The notes beneath the pieces are model-generated. The model had not been told where the DNA came from. It did no database searches and saw nothing but the letters and a program-made list of their open reading frames with translations. Both the position numbers and the translations under genes were made by a program. From the NCBI GenBank assembly GCA_032718475.1, contig JAUCBJ010006936.1, positions 1-34,003 on the forward strand: 34,003 bases of DNA, given 5' to 3'. This document shows positions 10,858-22,932 of this stretch, piece after piece. Source of the stretch: Nemertoderma westbladi (taxonomy: Eukaryota > Animalia > Xenacoelomorpha). The first letter of the stretch is position 1. Each line of letters starts with the position of its first letter.

Positions 10858-11771
10858 CTGGTAGCAGTCGTGCGATTCGGCTGTACAACAAACGTTGTCG
10901 CACTTGTGTCGCCCGCAGGTCCGTTTCTTCCGACACTTCCTCCGGCACTTCCGGGAATCCGAATCGCTTCCAACGAACACCTCGCAGGGGATCCGGAGGG
11001 TCTCCGCGCCGCAGCGGCACGCCACCGAGGTGGCGCCGCCGCAGTGCGCCGCGCAACGCCCCGGGTGGCACACATCGGCGCAGCTGTGACGCTCGGCACC
11101 GCCGCACGGCAGCGGACGCGCGCACACAGCCGCGCAGGAGGGCACCGGGTCCGCGCAGGAGAGGCGCGGCGCGGCTGCGAGATCCGACAGCGCCACCGCG
11201 CCACAGTGGCAACGCGTCACGGCGGCGGGGAGTAGTTCGCAAGGAGGGCAAGGCGGTGGGTGGCACAGTATATCGCAGACATGATTACCGCAGTCTAGCG
11301 GTGCGCCACAGCGCTCGCCGCAAGTAAACACCGTCGGTGCGCCACAAACAACCTCTTTGGTGGCACTCTCGCAGTGGCATTGAATGCTAGCCACAACTGA
11401 ACAGGGTTCACAGTCGCCACTGTGGCAGACAACTTGACATTCATGATTACCGCAGGTGAGTGGCAACCCACAGGCGGCGGCGCAACTCACTGGGATCTCC
11501 GTGGAACACCGAACCGTCTGGGTTGTTCTAGAACAGCGACAGCTTCGGGTTACCATGGCGGCGCAGGGCGGGCATGGTCCGGGGTGGCACAGTAGGGTGC
11601 AGGGGTGGGCGCAAGCCGTGCGCCGACACGGTTCCCCGCAGGAGTGGGGCGTGTCGTTGCGAGTGAACGGGGGGTCACGTTGTTTGCCGCAGAAGCAGCG
11701 GTAGACGGAGGGTCGACTGGTGTAGGTCCACTGGCACATCGGGCAGCGCCAAGAGTCTGTGCCGACGGCGT
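10858..11771 (-). CDS. NFX1: NFX1 coding exon 2: end of RING finger and NF-X1 Cys/His zinc-finger repeats
   Basis: Acceptor tcctccAG at 11773-11772 gives (G)AC-AVGTDSWRCPMCQ, completing the finger. Also YRCFCGK, PHSCGEPC, CTLLCHPGPCPPC and repeated CGxHxCxxxCH motifs. Donor CAG|GTAAAG, phase 0. Confidence 0.95.
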
Positions 11772-11999
11772 CTGGAGGATAAATAAAGTACTCAGTAGAT
11801 GTAAATATAGAGGTTAATAAAGTACAGTACGGAACATAAAATAAATTAGCATCATATTAAAAACTGATTGTATTAATTGGCCGTAGTGGTAACGAATTAT
11901 CTAGTTTCGCCTCCACATTCTCAGTCGACTTGGAAAAACAGTAGATTCTACGATTACATCACTGGGAGTCAAGCTATATAGCACTTACCAGTATGGACG

Positions 12000-12419
12000 C
12001 AGTGTTTACACGGGATCCCGATCCCGAAAAAACGGGATCCCGGCGAAAAATGCAATCCCTGTCCCGATCACGACTTTTTTGGACCGGGATCGCGCTCGAA
12101 GAATATATATAGATAAGTTAATTTGTTGAATATTTGATAAAGAGTTCAGCAGAACGGAAATGTTTTGATTATATCGAATTTTTACTTCAGTAAACCATCC
12201 GTAATCAATTGCAAAATAATTTTAATATAACTTTATCTTACTAATATTTCAGAAGTGTAAAATAAAGTGATTGTTACCCAAAACCCGCCACATATACTAA
12301 TAACTTTAAGGAATTTAATCCAAAATTGCAATCCCGATCCCGAAAAACAGGACCCTGAGAGTGATAATCCCGGTTCCGATTCTGGAAATCCCGAAAAGTC
12401 TGATCCCGTTTAAACACTA
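12000..12419. mobile_element. hAT-type MITE
   Basis: TIRs CAGTGTTTACACGGGATC and GATCCCGTTTAAACACTA, subterminal (GATCCC)n motifs, near-8-bp TSD GTATGG(A)CG / GTATGGCG. Confidence 0.8.
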
Positions 12420-13044
12420 GTATGGCGGTCATATTTCAAGCATAATATCATCCGTTAATAATTATCACCTGAGTAATATTCGACAAATCCGAATAAAAAA
12501 AAATTATCTGAAGAAAATTATCTACGTTTAGTAAATCCAATTATCATTTCCAGAATAGATTTAAATAATAGACTTCCAGACACATCCCTCCACCAGTCCA
12601 CCGACTTCAGTTTTACTAAACTCCTGTCTGTGCAACATTATAATAAAGAAGGTATCAAAAACAGCTCATAATATAGAAAGTGGAGAAACCTTATAAAAAC
12701 AGCTCATATAACAGATAGCTTAAAGGATAAAGTTTAAAGTTAAAGAATTAAATTAAATACGAATATTTATTTTTTGTATCATATTATTTTGTAAATATTA
12801 ATGTTTTCTACAGAAAAACGAGAGATCGCACCACTTATTTGTATTTCTTTACAAATATAATCTCATTACAGTTTAAATTAACTTGTGGTGAGGAATCTGA
12901 TCGCGCCTACAAGCATTCTATGATAAGCATTCTAGTGAGAGAATAAAAGTATTAGTTTAACTTCGAAATTTAAGTGTAGAATTTTATTCCATATTGGTAC
13001 TTCAAATTCAAAATTGTTCCATACATAACGACAGTAGGCCTAGG

Positions 13045-13886
13045 CAGGGACAGGATACGATACGATACGAAAACGGATTTTCGTATTTCGTATAGCAGTA
13101 ATATATTCGTATTATATATCGTATCATAAAAATTGACTTATACCACTTATTTATTTACATTTTTTTTTCAAAATTGGTGTGTAAATTAGGTTGAAGCTTA
13201 TAGTTTTATTATGTCAATAAAATGTGTAAGTAAGACAGGAGGAACGTTAATAACATTGTAATTAACTGTAGAATAATGATAAAAAGACCACTGAAATATA
13301 ATATAAAAAAGTTTTTAGGAGAACTAATCGCGCCTACAAGGCATTGATGTTATGATAAAGGGTATTTTAGTGAGAGAATAAAAGAAATAAAACATTTCTT
13401 TTGAAATAAAACATAGTTTTATTCTAGTATTAGTTTGACTACGAAATTGAAATTTTGAATTTTATACCACATTTGTACATCAAATTCAAAATTATTTCAT
13501 AAATGACGGCATTAGGCCTAGGTAGGTACGGTACATCAGTACAGTATTCGTAAAGTGGCATGGTAATATGGCAACGCCTACGACTATTGGGCCGTGTTGC
13601 ATAACTTCGTTATTTATGTTGTAGCCAGACTTAATTGCAACAATAAATATTTGCCTATTATATATAGAGATTTAAATGATTTTCTAAGTGTAATACAAAT
13701 TACAATACATATATTTTATCAACTCTTTAGATAAAATACGATACGAAAAAAATACGAAACATTTTTCGTATTTCGTATCGTATCTTGGATTTTTCGTATC
13801 GTATCGTATTTTCTCAAAATTGAATTCGTATCGTATCATATCGTGAAAAATTGGTTCGTATCGTATCGTATCGTATCCTGTCCCTG
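13045..13886. mobile_element. hAT-type MITE, intact young copy
   Basis: Perfect 26-bp TIRs CAGGGACAGGATACGATACGATACGA and perfect 8-bp TSD GGCCTAGG (13037-13044 and 13887-13894). Confidence 0.92.
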
Positions 13887-14018
13887 GGCCTAGGTACATC
13901 AGTACTACTAACCGTACCGGTAACGGTACTACTAACGGTACTCAATAGTACCTAGGCATAAAGTGGCATGGTAATATGGTAACGCTTACTATTGGGTTCC
14001 GTTGCATAACGTCCTTAT

Positions 14019-14332
14019 AATTTATTATTGGTGTTATGGGTGAGTATTATTATAACTTTTTGTTGGGCACAGCTTTTGCAAAGTCGGCAATGACGTCCAG
14101 GTGGGATCGAACTGGTGGCCTCCGGGTTGGAAGTCTGACCGTCTAACCATTCAGCTAGCGGCTCAGGTAAAAGATAGACCTAGAAATACTATCTGATACC
14201 TTGTATGTCCGGAATTTACCCCCTCATGGCCTCCCATCTGTCAATACCATCATATGCTGCCACTGTGCTCAAACCTATAGTACTTGGCCGTCTTTAACCA
14301 CTCGCTACAATGAAAGGGTAGTGTATATTAAC
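14019..14332 (-). mobile_element. tRNA-derived SINE with 14-bp target-site duplication
   Basis: Flanked by the direct repeat CATAACGTCCTTAT (14005-14018 and 14333-14346). The minus strand has TAGCTGAATGGTTAGA (A box), CTTCCAA (Gly-TCC-like loop), GTTCGATCC (B box) and an AT-rich tail. Confidence 0.8.
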
Positions 14333-15007
14333 CATAACGTCCTTATGGATATTATAGCCAGTAGACACAGTATTGATGTAGCAAGCATACTGGACTGGGG
14401 CAATGAAATAAAAAATATTTCCCTAATACATAGAGATTTATATGATTTTCTAAGTGCAATACAAAATATAATACATATACAACTCTTAGATAAAATACGA
14501 TGCGAAAAAAATACGAAACTCTTTTCGTAAATCGCATCGTATCGTATCATTAAAAATTGGTTCGTATCGTATCGTAAGTTCGTATTATATCGTATCGTAT
14601 CCTGCCCCTGCCGATAGGATAGTATTGAATACAATATAAGCTTTATTAACCTGGAAATCTATTAACAATCAGGCCGACCTATCTTCTAGATTTATTGGGT
14701 TCCAACTATAATGTTACCCAAACCGATTACATGTGGACTTTCAAAGTTACTGCTTATAATTTAAGAAGATAATTTAATTAAATTACAATAAATTGCTGCT
14801 GCGGCCGGGTCTCGAACCCAGCTATTTTCTATTCGCTCTGCCCTATTCGCTAAAATTTCGCAATTCCTATTACTATATTAATGATGGAAGCGGAGGGAAA
14901 TAATACTGAGCGAAAGCTGTATATACTTTTTACACTCTTTTCTATAAATGTTAGTGAGAAAAAGTGTAATTTTCAGATAAAATAAGGTATTATTTTGTTC
15001 AGTAGGT

Positions 15008-15250
15008 TGGCGGCGGTTTGTGTAGTGGTTAAAACTATTGTCTTAAATTATCATCACTCTGGATGTCGTGGGTTCGATCCCCGCATGGGGCCTGGGCAGT
15101 TTTCGTTTCGGCACGAATGCTTTAATGGGGGGTAGCCAGGGCGCATATCTGCCTTGCACTCTTAAATGGTGGTTAAATGAGTACTGGGATTTCCTCTGGG
15201 GAGAATAGTACTGGGGGAGAGGGAGGGGGGGGGGGGGGGGGGGGGGCACT
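15008..15250 (+). mobile_element. tRNA-derived SINE (second family)
   Basis: A box GTGTAGTGGTTAA, B box GGTTCGATCCC, and a downstream TAAATGAGTAC motif common in SINE bodies. Confidence 0.55.
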
Positions 15251-15592
15251 GGAAATAAGTAATCAGACTTTGTAAGTAACAGCAATTATCAATTAAGGGA
15301 AAGGCAGAAAGGAGAAGGTTACAGTTGCATCTTGCATGTTATTCTAACGAAAACAATAAACTACGGTAAATAGAACAGATTGGTGAAATATTTATTCAGT
15401 TATTCGTAATTTGTAATCAGCTGCTATTTGCTGAATTGAGTTGATTTCCGAGCTGGAGAAGATTTAATTTTGGTTGCGTCAAGCAAGATCCTCTCTGCTA
15501 AACTGAATAAGACAACTTACTGACTCATATAACTCTTAAATAAACTTTTATTTATACACTTTACAATGCTTGCACTCACAACTCACACTCAC

Positions 15593-16196
15593 CTAGAGTT
15601 GAGTTACTAGTGGCCCATTTCTTTATACAACTTATGTGGTAGATATGGAAGCAGTTGGAGCAGTTCCACACGGGGTCCTTCCATCGGACTGTCTCGCAGC
15701 AGACCAGACACTCGTAGGTCTGGGCTCTGAGCTGCCCCTCCAGCGATATGGCCTGCTCTGAGGGCCTGGTTACCGAGCAGACATTCTGGCTGCGTTCCCG
15801 CGTTCCCTCTCTGTGGTTCCGTCTGTTTCTCGCCGAGCCGCGCCGGACAGGCAACTCGTTAACTACCGGCGTATAATAAACCTGCTCCGATGGATAATAG
15901 GCGTAGCTACCATGAGGATTGTAATTATCCTGGTAGTAAAAAGAACCGGAGTCATTGTTTCTGTAGGGTGGTGCTCGGTTTGATCCGTAGTTCCAGTTGT
16001 TACCGCGAGGAGGCGCCACACCTTGCCAAGTTCTTCTCCCGTTGTTACCACGGTAACTGGTAACATTGCGAGGTCGTTGATCACCATGTTGCCGAAAAGG
16101 ATTATGATTATGGCGACCTTCACTATTAATCCTGCCTCTTTCATCTTTACTCGCATCGATTTCTTGATTCATCTTCACGTTTAAATCCAAAATCAT
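15593..16196 (-). CDS. NFX1: NFX1 (NF-X1-type zinc finger protein, shuttle craft-like) coding exon 1: low-complexity N-terminus plus start of RING/PHD finger
   Basis: YECLVCCETVRWKDPVWNCSNCFHIYHISCIKKWA is the NFX1 RING/PHD finger. Donor CTAG|GTGAGT at 15593/15592, phase 1. There is an in-frame stop upstream of ATG 16196; the start could alternatively be ATG 16172. Confidence 0.9.
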
Positions 16197-16479
16197 ATAG
16201 CGGTATATATACCGGTAGGCCTACTGATATGATATAGCTGTATGTAGCCTATAGGCCCACTGCTATACTGGTGCAATACCTGAATACAGTAATAACAGAT
16301 TACTATAGTTAAATTAAATACCGGGTACAGCTTGACAGCTGCATTTCGAAAAGTACAGTAGGCCTACTTTCAAATTTGTTGGCTGTGTTTAAAGATAGAA
16401 CAGCAGAATGCTGGAATAGAGTGAAATTAAAGTAGAGAACAAGTTAAAGGAGTTTGAGTTAAACATTAACAGTACCTGT

Positions 16480-17240
16480 CAGCCTGTCTGCCGGTAGCGG
16501 TAGTACTGGTAGGTAGGCGGCGTAGGACTATGGACTACCGGTAGGACAATTTGTTTGACATAGGGCCTACTGACTGACATCTGGACATAGACCTATTTCT
16601 GACGCTCTATTTGCATAAAACAGTAAAATCGCGCCGCGCCACATTTCTGGCAGTGCAAGAGCTGAGAGCGCGCCGCAGATCTGCACTCAAATAGTCAAAC
16701 GTGTAAGTATTCCAGTCAGGCCGGATTTCATTCTCACAGTGCAAAATGATAAAGAAACGTGAACAAAACTCAAAGTGAGCGAAATGTGTTCATTCTAACA
16801 GAATTGACAGTGCAGAATGAGAAAGAAACGGAGAAACGCGAGCAAAACTCAAAGTGAGCGAAATTTTTCCAATCTACCGGCAGACCGGTGCCGGTAACAG
16901 TCAGACAGTGCAAAATGAAAAGAAAAAGAAACGCGAGCAAAACTCGAAGTGATTTGTTGTCTTTCACATAATTTCGCGCACTTTTATTTCAATTCCGCGC
17001 GCTTTTACCGCGCACTATTTCAAATACGCGCACAACGCGTTGCGATTTTTGCACTTCATTTGCAGCCTGGCCGTCTGACCGTAAGCATATAAAGCCTGTA
17101 AAGCCAGGGGTGGAAAAAACCTAAAGGTTTTTTAGGTTTTTTAAAGTAAGTTTTTTAAAGCAAAGTAGCCCTATTTTAAGTAATTAATTTATCACGGACA
17201 GACGGCCTGACACCTGACGCTGATTGGCTGACGGCTAAAA
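16480..17240. promoter_or_regulatory. probable NFX1 promoter region
   Basis: Inferred from position upstream of the ATG, CGCG-rich patches (16630-16680, 16970-17045) and a reverse CCAAT (GATTGG near 17222). There is also a possible 5'-UTR intron at 16280-16475 (GT...ttcAG on the minus strand). Confidence 0.35.
16737..16952. repeat. three imperfect direct repeats of about 45-50 bp upstream of NFX1
   Basis: CAGTGCA.AATGA.AAAGAAACG.GA.CAAAACTC.AAGTGA at 16737, 16808 and 16906. Confidence 0.8.
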
Positions 17241-18114
17241 ATTACCTACAGTACGGTACCTAACTCACTAACTGTCTAACTGTGGTAGAGGTATGTACTG
17301 TCAGACTGTAGGTAGCCTACCGTACGCAGGTGGCAGGTACGTGTACCAGTACTGTAGTACAGTATGCTGGCATGACAGCAGTAAATGGCTGCAGTCTGGC
17401 AGTTGTACAGTGTACAATCATAGCATTTACAATTTTTTACAGTACAGCAGTAGGGCCTATCCATATCCATCTGTAATAGGCAGATAGGCCTACTGGCTGA
17501 CTGGTTTTTTATTTAAATTAATTAATTATAGAGGTGCAATTATTACCGGTAGTCAGGTAGTAGTTCAGTAGGCCTAGCACCTAGTCAGGTAGTAGGATTT
17601 ATGCTGGTATGGCAATGGCGCTGTATTGACGTACTACTGTACTATGTACGTACAGCTGATGTGGATGTACTGTTGTACGTACGTACAGCTGTATAGTGTA
17701 TATGGACCAAGGCAATCCCATCATAAGTCATACAGTCATATGGACGTTCACTCAACACTGCACACTTGGTTCAGCTGTACTTTGTCTCTTGCATGTTGTT
17801 GCACCAGACCAGAACCTATTTCCAGTACACCTATTTGAAATTTCATTTGGTTATGCAATACTGTAATACGCCCAGAATACGCCGCGCTTTGTGGCCTATG
17901 CAAGCCCAGTCGATGATATATCATATATATTCAAGGGGAATACTCTGATTGATAGTTTGGCGGCACCAAGCAGCCAAGGCAACCTTGGGCTGCACCAAGT
18001 CAGAAAGTGGAGTTCCTCATGGAAGTCTGGCAGCTGTGCTTTGCTTTCTTTGCTACTTGAATGACTTACCATTTCTTGTGATGTTGGTTCACGGTCTTTG
18101 ACATAAGTGACCAT

Positions 18115-18470
18115 TATTACCGTAATGTGTGTGTGTGTGTGTGTCCAGAGCGATATCTCAGTTATCTCAGTTATTTGTTAATCAATCGAAACAAAATTTG
18201 CACAAAAGTTAGATATAGGGATGGCGAAGGCTCATACAAAAAATTGGGTGTCGAGATGGTATTTGTGCGATGTGAGCGCTATATTTGCATGTTTTCGCAT
18301 GGTTTAGGAAAAAGCTATCTTGTCATAGGGAACGCAATGAATGATTCTGATATTTGGCATGGAGGTACCTGAATTATTTCTAAATCGATTAACGGAGGCC
18401 GATTTTTAAATTTGGACCTACATTATGACCTAATTGAAGATTTAATTAAGGTAATTAATTAGCATTAGCA
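18115..18470 (+). mobile_element. possible HINE-like non-autonomous element relic
   Basis: (TG)n followed by GATATCTC...AATCGAAACAAAATTTGCACA. Ends are not defined. Confidence 0.35.
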
Positions 18471-21400
18471 ATTACCAATACTGCAGTACCGGTACTGCAG
18501 TCCTGTAGGCCCTAGACTGCTAGTACTGTCTGATTGTCTGCCTGTAGGCCTATCTGCCTATCTTCATACTGCTGTACTGTCATAGGTCAGTGCAGCAGTA
18601 GGTCCTAGCCTAGCCCTAGCAGTAGATAGCTAACTTGTACCAGTGTCCAGTATGCCGAAGAACTGTGTTTTGTTAATGGTTAGCAATCTTAGCTTACTAT
18701 GCACTCAGTCTGCCGGAACGGGTTACGGTTTAATCCTGCATTTGTCAATTACGACAATACCGGTACGACTTTGAGTACCGCTGTACCGGTACGCGGTAGC
18801 CTACCGTTACCGGTTGACCGGTAGGTGTAGGCGGTAGACCTACGGTGCGATGGTAGCCAGCCGGTAGGTGGTAGGCTTACCTTACCGGTATAAATGTTGG
18901 CGGATGGCGGGATGACGTCGTGTGGCGCGTAATTACTTACCGGTTGCCGGTAGACGCCTACTGCCTACCCAACTCGTTACTGGTGGTCGTTGTCGTGGTG
19001 GGATGAGCATGAGGTCGCCTACGATGGGAACAAGTGAAAAGGAAACATAGGCCTACCCGGACGAAAACGTACCGGTCAGCCGCCAGCCGGTACCCGAATA
19101 CTGGGTACGTTTCGACAATGATGTATCGGTTATTATTATTGTACTGATTAAGTCAGTAAGTAGGAGGACCGTGAACCCTCCAGGCTTGCCAGCTTGTTCT
19201 TAAGATACTTTACAGTCAGGGTGCATAAAGAGCGAACTGCGGCCGGCTGCGGATGAAATTTTAGCTCTGTTGCAACCCCAACTGCCTAATACTGTAATAG
19301 GAATAAATAATTAAGTAAAATAATTAAATAAATAACAAAGACTGCTATATTCTACCTCTTGTCTTTATAATTTTATTTTATTGTTTCGTCCGTTCATCCT
19401 GGTGCCACAAGATAATTGGATTTATTATAAATGCTAATGACCTCGATAGCTGGATGGATAGGGTGAGAAAGAAGCGAGTGAAAGAGAAGGAGCCAATCAG
19501 GGCTGAACCGTAAGTCGGCCATCCGTCGCGAGATTATGGTGGGACTTTCACGAACTTTCATGGAAGAAACGATTATGTCCATGTAAACCTGCATGGGTTG
19601 AGTCAACCTTTAGATGGTTATCTTAGCGTTTTAAGACATAATTTATAGTGAGACTCAGAAGCGAAATTATCCCATTTTGCCAAAATAATATTTTTGTAAA
19701 AATGTAGTGTCCAAAATTTGTATCCTTACTTGTTAAATACAGTACCTACATTACTACATTATGGATTAGTGCGGTGTTTTGGTTTGCGCTTATAAATTTG
19801 TAGTACTTAGTGATTTAAGTACTAGTGATGTGGACCATTTTTGTAAAGTGATCCCATTGTACATTTTTTCGATGTTTGGAAAAATATGAGTCAGGATTAC
19901 ATGTGAACGGGAATATGACAGTAAATAGTCTGTCACTGTAAAAATAATATTAACAGTTTCCTTTGTTTTTTTTATACAAGGTGTAATAAGTAAGTTTATA
20001 AATTGTTTTATTCTTAAAGGGTTACTATTTCGCCTGAATATACTTGAAAATCGGGAGAAAAAGGATTATTTTTTCCCAAGGAAAAAAAAATGAGTCGGAT
20101 TGCACTGTTTTTTTCTTTTCTTCCCGGCAAAAACACCACCATCTGACGTTACTTGGGCAACCAATGTAAGAGGGACATTTAAAATGAAATCCTTTGCCCA
20201 CCCCCCAACACAGAAACAGTCTCTACGGTGTATGGAGCAGTAGCATACTACTGTACTACCCCACCCTACCGAATTGCGCCAACACCCCCGGGTCTGAGTC
20301 CGCACCGCGTAAGCCCACCGGATCGATGAGTCGGTGACTGCAGCATCCCGCACCGGTCGCCTAGCAGCCGAACGGTACCCGCGCAAACAGTTAGTAGTTA
20401 CGTTAGTATGTAAATAGTTATTATTACGTTTACCAAATAGAATTGCTTACTATATGTGAAGTACTTCACGCACAATAATTTATACAATCTTCGTCCAACG
20501 ATTGATTATTTTTTAGTTAGTATGAATCCGTGTATATAATTCTAATTAAACATCCAATGATTCACAATCTGGTATCCTGGTATGGTATATAATGCATAAT
20601 GTGAGGATACGATATATATACAGCACGAAGAAATATATATATTTTTTCGCGAAACAATATAATTGTTTTTATATTTATAGACCTATTCCATTTTCAGTTA
20701 TAATAATACAAATAATACACTTATACTTATCACTTCTTTTGTACTACAAAACATGTATGTAACAGAGTGGGTGGTGGTGGGTTATGGCTTTTATGGGCTA
20801 TACCGGGGGTATTATTGGATACCGGTATTGCTGGAGTTACGAAAATTGTAACAATTTCGTAGCGATTAGACTACTTTATGCATTTGCATAGAGGTTGCGA
20901 TATGGACCGCCACATGCGGTTCCACAGTCGCAACAACATCGAAGCGACAACGCATGTACGACACGCTCATTACTTAGTATATTTTGCGTCTGCGAGTCGC
21001 TAAAGTTCTGTTTGCTGGGCAGTGGAACTAACAAGTTTCAAATCTAGTAATTCCCACTCACGGTGCAAAAGTTAACATAGTGCTAATTATATGAAAAGCC
21101 ATACTCAATATAGTTTGTGAGGTGTTTGCGAAACGGCAATAACAACCGTTGCTACAGTACTTTTATGTATTTCCATATCATACCAATTACCTCAATACCA
21201 ATTTATCTCAAGATGTTCCAAGAGGTTTCCACTGGCCTAGAATCTCCAAGAAGTGAAAATTTCCCCAAAGAGAGATCAATAACCCTCGTGAGTGACCAAC
21301 AGAGTTTTGCCTTCAATTCAAATCAGGAATGCCGAACTTTTCAGAAAATGATTCCTTCTTCTTGATTGGGCATTGTGATTAAATTAATACGCAACATTTT

Positions 21401-21779
21401 TTACCGCACATTACTGCTATAAAAATATCGTTCCATATTGTTTATGTGTTATCAGCAGTAGATAAGGGACTCCACTGTACCAGTCGGCTATGAACACATG
21501 ACCTCAGTAAGTAGTAACTTAGACAACACAAGTAAAGGAAGCCTAATAGACCACGACAGGAGGGCGCCCGTAGTTGTCATACTGCAGTTGTGTTTACGGT
21601 GTTGAGTTCTTGGAAAATTTATTTCATCATTTGGTTATTTATAATAAAGTGTTCAATTTATGGTAATTCCCAAGTACACAAAGCAACTACAGTAAATGTA
21701 GTTAATCTTAATATAGTAAGTGGCTGCATTTGATTCGAATATACCCACCTCAATGTTGAACAGCTGGTGACATGCCTGA

Positions 21780-21920
21780 TCCACATACCATACGGGACAC
21801 GCCGTACGGGACACACCGAACGGGACACACCATACAGGACATGCCATGCTGGACAAGCTGTACGGGATTATCCTTGCGGCGACATGCTGTGCGGGACAAG
21901 CCGTATGGGACATGCTATGC
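21780..21920. repeat. degenerate tandem repeat of about 14-15 bp (CCGTACGGGACAC core)
   Basis: About 8-9 recurrences of GG(G)ACA with CCGTAC/CCATAC variants. Confidence 0.7.
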
Positions 21921-22932
21921 GGCGCGTCAAGACTTAGAGGAAAGTATAGTACGCCTAAATTTCTTAGCTTTCTTATAAAATATTCATTACAGTACTTTGC
22001 AGTTAATTTTTTTCATTATACTGTTAATTCAATACGGCCGCCGAATTATTTGTGCTAATTACTTTACTACAGACTTACCTCTACTATACTAAATTTACTA
22101 TTTGATTCGTTCATTTTGCATTTACTATTGTATATAGCATACATTTGGTTTTTATATTCCCTAACATTGTTTTCATCTATTTAGAATTAATGTCTCCATT
22201 TTATGGACGATTTTACAGCATACAGTTAATTGCTGTAATGTCTCCCAGGAGATTTTAATTCAGAGCAACGAATTAAAGTCTCCCTTAATATAGAGAGATC
22301 CTTTATTCAAAGTATGAATTAAGCCTCGTATACTGTAGTATATTATTATATTATTATATTACATTATCAATTACAGGCTCTGGCTAGATAATCCTTATAC
22401 TCTAATGTAGAATGAGTAAGGAAATTCATTCGGAAAATCAACGCAAATAGATTACCAGTGAATATATATCGAGTTGGGATTTTTGTCCATCCATGTTTCG
22501 AACAAAGTGGCCTGGTGTTTGGTCTGAAGACACTTCATCAATAGATAGACTCAACCTATCCCCCTCGCTATCGAACAAGGGTGGCACTACTGGTCCACTG
22601 GAATAAAGGTGTTAGACACCAAACATAACACAGATACAAACATAGAATGTATTTGAGAAACTTTTCAATCCTTTCTGTGTACTTAGATCCTCAACTTAGC
22701 ATAGGTACAGTAGAACGTTGTGTAGGTTGGAATTGTTGTAGATCTTGAAAATTAAGGGCCAATGTTTGTAAACAAGGTTTCTATTGTCCAACAGTGTAGT
22801 AAATATCTCCCACTCTCCAAAGCATTATAACCCCCGAAATGGGACAATATATTCCCATTAACAACAGACGTCTTTGTAACAAACATAGATCAGTAATAAT
22901 TATCAATGTGTACAAAATGTTAGTCCTGACTA

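Larger units (their letters stand above)
12895..14610. mobile_element. older left-truncated copy of the same MITE family, interrupted by the young copy and by a SINE
   Basis: 12895-13044, 13895-14018 and 14347-14610 are colinear with the interior and right end (13325-13886) of the young element. Ends in ...TATCGTATCCTGCCCCTG at 14610. Confidence 0.8.

Noticed and set aside
7347-11817. Overlapping alternative-frame and antisense ORFs over NFX1 exons
   Set aside because: Shadow ORFs caused by very high GC content.
19394-20386. Short minus-strand ORFs (70 and 106 aa)
   Set aside because: No domain resemblance, atypical composition and no supported exon chain.
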